Shown in pieces: positions 62,970 through 64,000 of a DNA stretch of 64,000 nucleotides (its first letter is position 1; every line of letters starts with the position of its first letter). The DNA is from Octopus sinensis (taxonomy: Eukaryota). The notes beneath the pieces are model-generated. The model was not told the origin of the DNA. It ran no database searches and was given only the letters and a program-made list of their open reading frames with translations. The DNA lies in assembly GCF_006345805.1 (NCBI RefSeq), contig NC_042998.1, positions 23,374,001-23,438,000 of the forward strand, in the 5' to 3' direction. The position numbers and the translations under genes were made by a program.

Positions 62970-63201
62970 TATTTCTTTACTGCCCACAAGGGGCTAAACA
63001 TAGAGGGGACAAACAAGGATAGACAAACGGATTATGTCGATTATATCGACCTCAGTGCGTAACTGGTACTTAATTCATCGACCCCGAAAGGATGAAAGGC
63101 AAAGTCGACCTCGGCGGAATTTGAACTCAGAACGTAACGGCAGACGAAATACGGCTACGCATTTCTCCCGGCGTGCTAACGTTTCTGCCAGCTCCCCGCC
63201 T
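62970..63201 (-). mobile_element. Family C SINE monomer with 18-bp TSD
   Basis: TSD TGTAGCGATAT(A/G)CGTATA at 62952-62969 and 63202-63219. Confidence 0.9.
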
Positions 63202-63477
63202 TGTAGCGATATGCGTATAGGTTTTATAAATGGCAACCAGGACTCTTCCACGATCTATAGAATTTTCAATTTACTTGGATTATGTAGAATGCTTTTACTG
63301 AAATATTTTACATGTTTCAAGTAAGTTTTAAATAATTCAGAATTTTGAGGGATTTTGTAAAATAATAAACTTCGTTATGATAAAGATGCTGTTTAGAATA
63401 TTCGTGCATAAAATTATGATTGAGGGTTTTAATTTAAATATGAACACTTTAACACAAGCATTGTTTTTTTTCTGTAT

Positions 63478-64000
63478 TGCCCACAAGGGGCTAAACACAG
63501 AGGGGACAAACAAGGACAGACAAACGGATTAAGTCGATTACATCGATCCTAGTGCGTAACTGGTACTTAATTTATCGACCCCGAAAGGATGAAAAGCAAA
63601 GTTGATCTCGGCGGATTTGAACTCAGAACGTAACGACAGACGAAATACCTATTTCTTTACTACCCACAAGGGGCTAAACACAGAGGGGATAAACAAGGAC
63701 AGACAAACGGATAAAGTCGATTACACCAACCCCAGTGCGTAACTGGTACTTAATTCATTGACCCCGAAAGGATGAAAGGCAAAGTTGACCTCGGCGGAAT
63801 TTGAACTCAGAACGTAACGACAGACAAAATACCTATTTCTTTACTACCCACAAGGGGCTTAAACACAGAGGGGATAAACAAGGACAGACAAACGGATTAA
63901 GTCGATTACACCAACCCCAGTGCGTAACTGGTACTTAATTCATTGACCCCGAAAGGATGAAAGGCAAAGTCGACCTCGGCGGAATTTGAACTCAGAACGT
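63478..64000 (-). mobile_element. Family C SINE multimer (at least 3 units, runs off the window)
   Basis: Unit junctions at 63650 and 63834; period 184 bp. Confidence 0.9.

Noticed and set aside
63478-64000. CRISPR-like regular array
   Set aside because: The units are near-identical 184-bp SINE segments with no unique spacers, in eukaryotic DNA.

Overview
AT-rich, repeat-dense eukaryotic DNA. The organism is inferred to be an octopus (coleoid cephalopod), because the tRNA-headed SINE families resemble those described from Octopus. Only one host coding segment is convincingly recognisable: the first coding exon of an SLC39A13/ZIP13-like zinc transporter on the minus strand (38708-38246), with a probable non-coding exon upstream. 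I could not find its remaining exons, which would imply an intron of more than 38 kb running off the left edge. The rest of the window is mostly SINEs, non-autonomous Helitrons, hAT-, piggyBac- and Merlin-type MITEs, decayed CRE-clade RT, RTE-like LINE and Merlin transposase fossils, and microsatellites. Nearly all ORFs in the supplied track are artefacts of these repeats. The most interesting signal is a set of four unrelated fold-back palindromes (15.9-16.3 kb, 31.0-31.2 kb, 36.08-36.19 kb, 36.41-36.57 kb). In each, both arms carry a decayed minimal type-I hammerhead ribozyme motif reading outward from the centre, the architecture known from Penelope-like elements. In one case the hammerhead is fused to a tRNA-derived Pol III head. 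A second notable pattern is a SINE that moves as TSD-flanked multimers of an internal 184-bp unit. All analysis was done by eye, with no database search or folding computation. Boundaries of degenerate repeats are approximate (about +/-20 bp).
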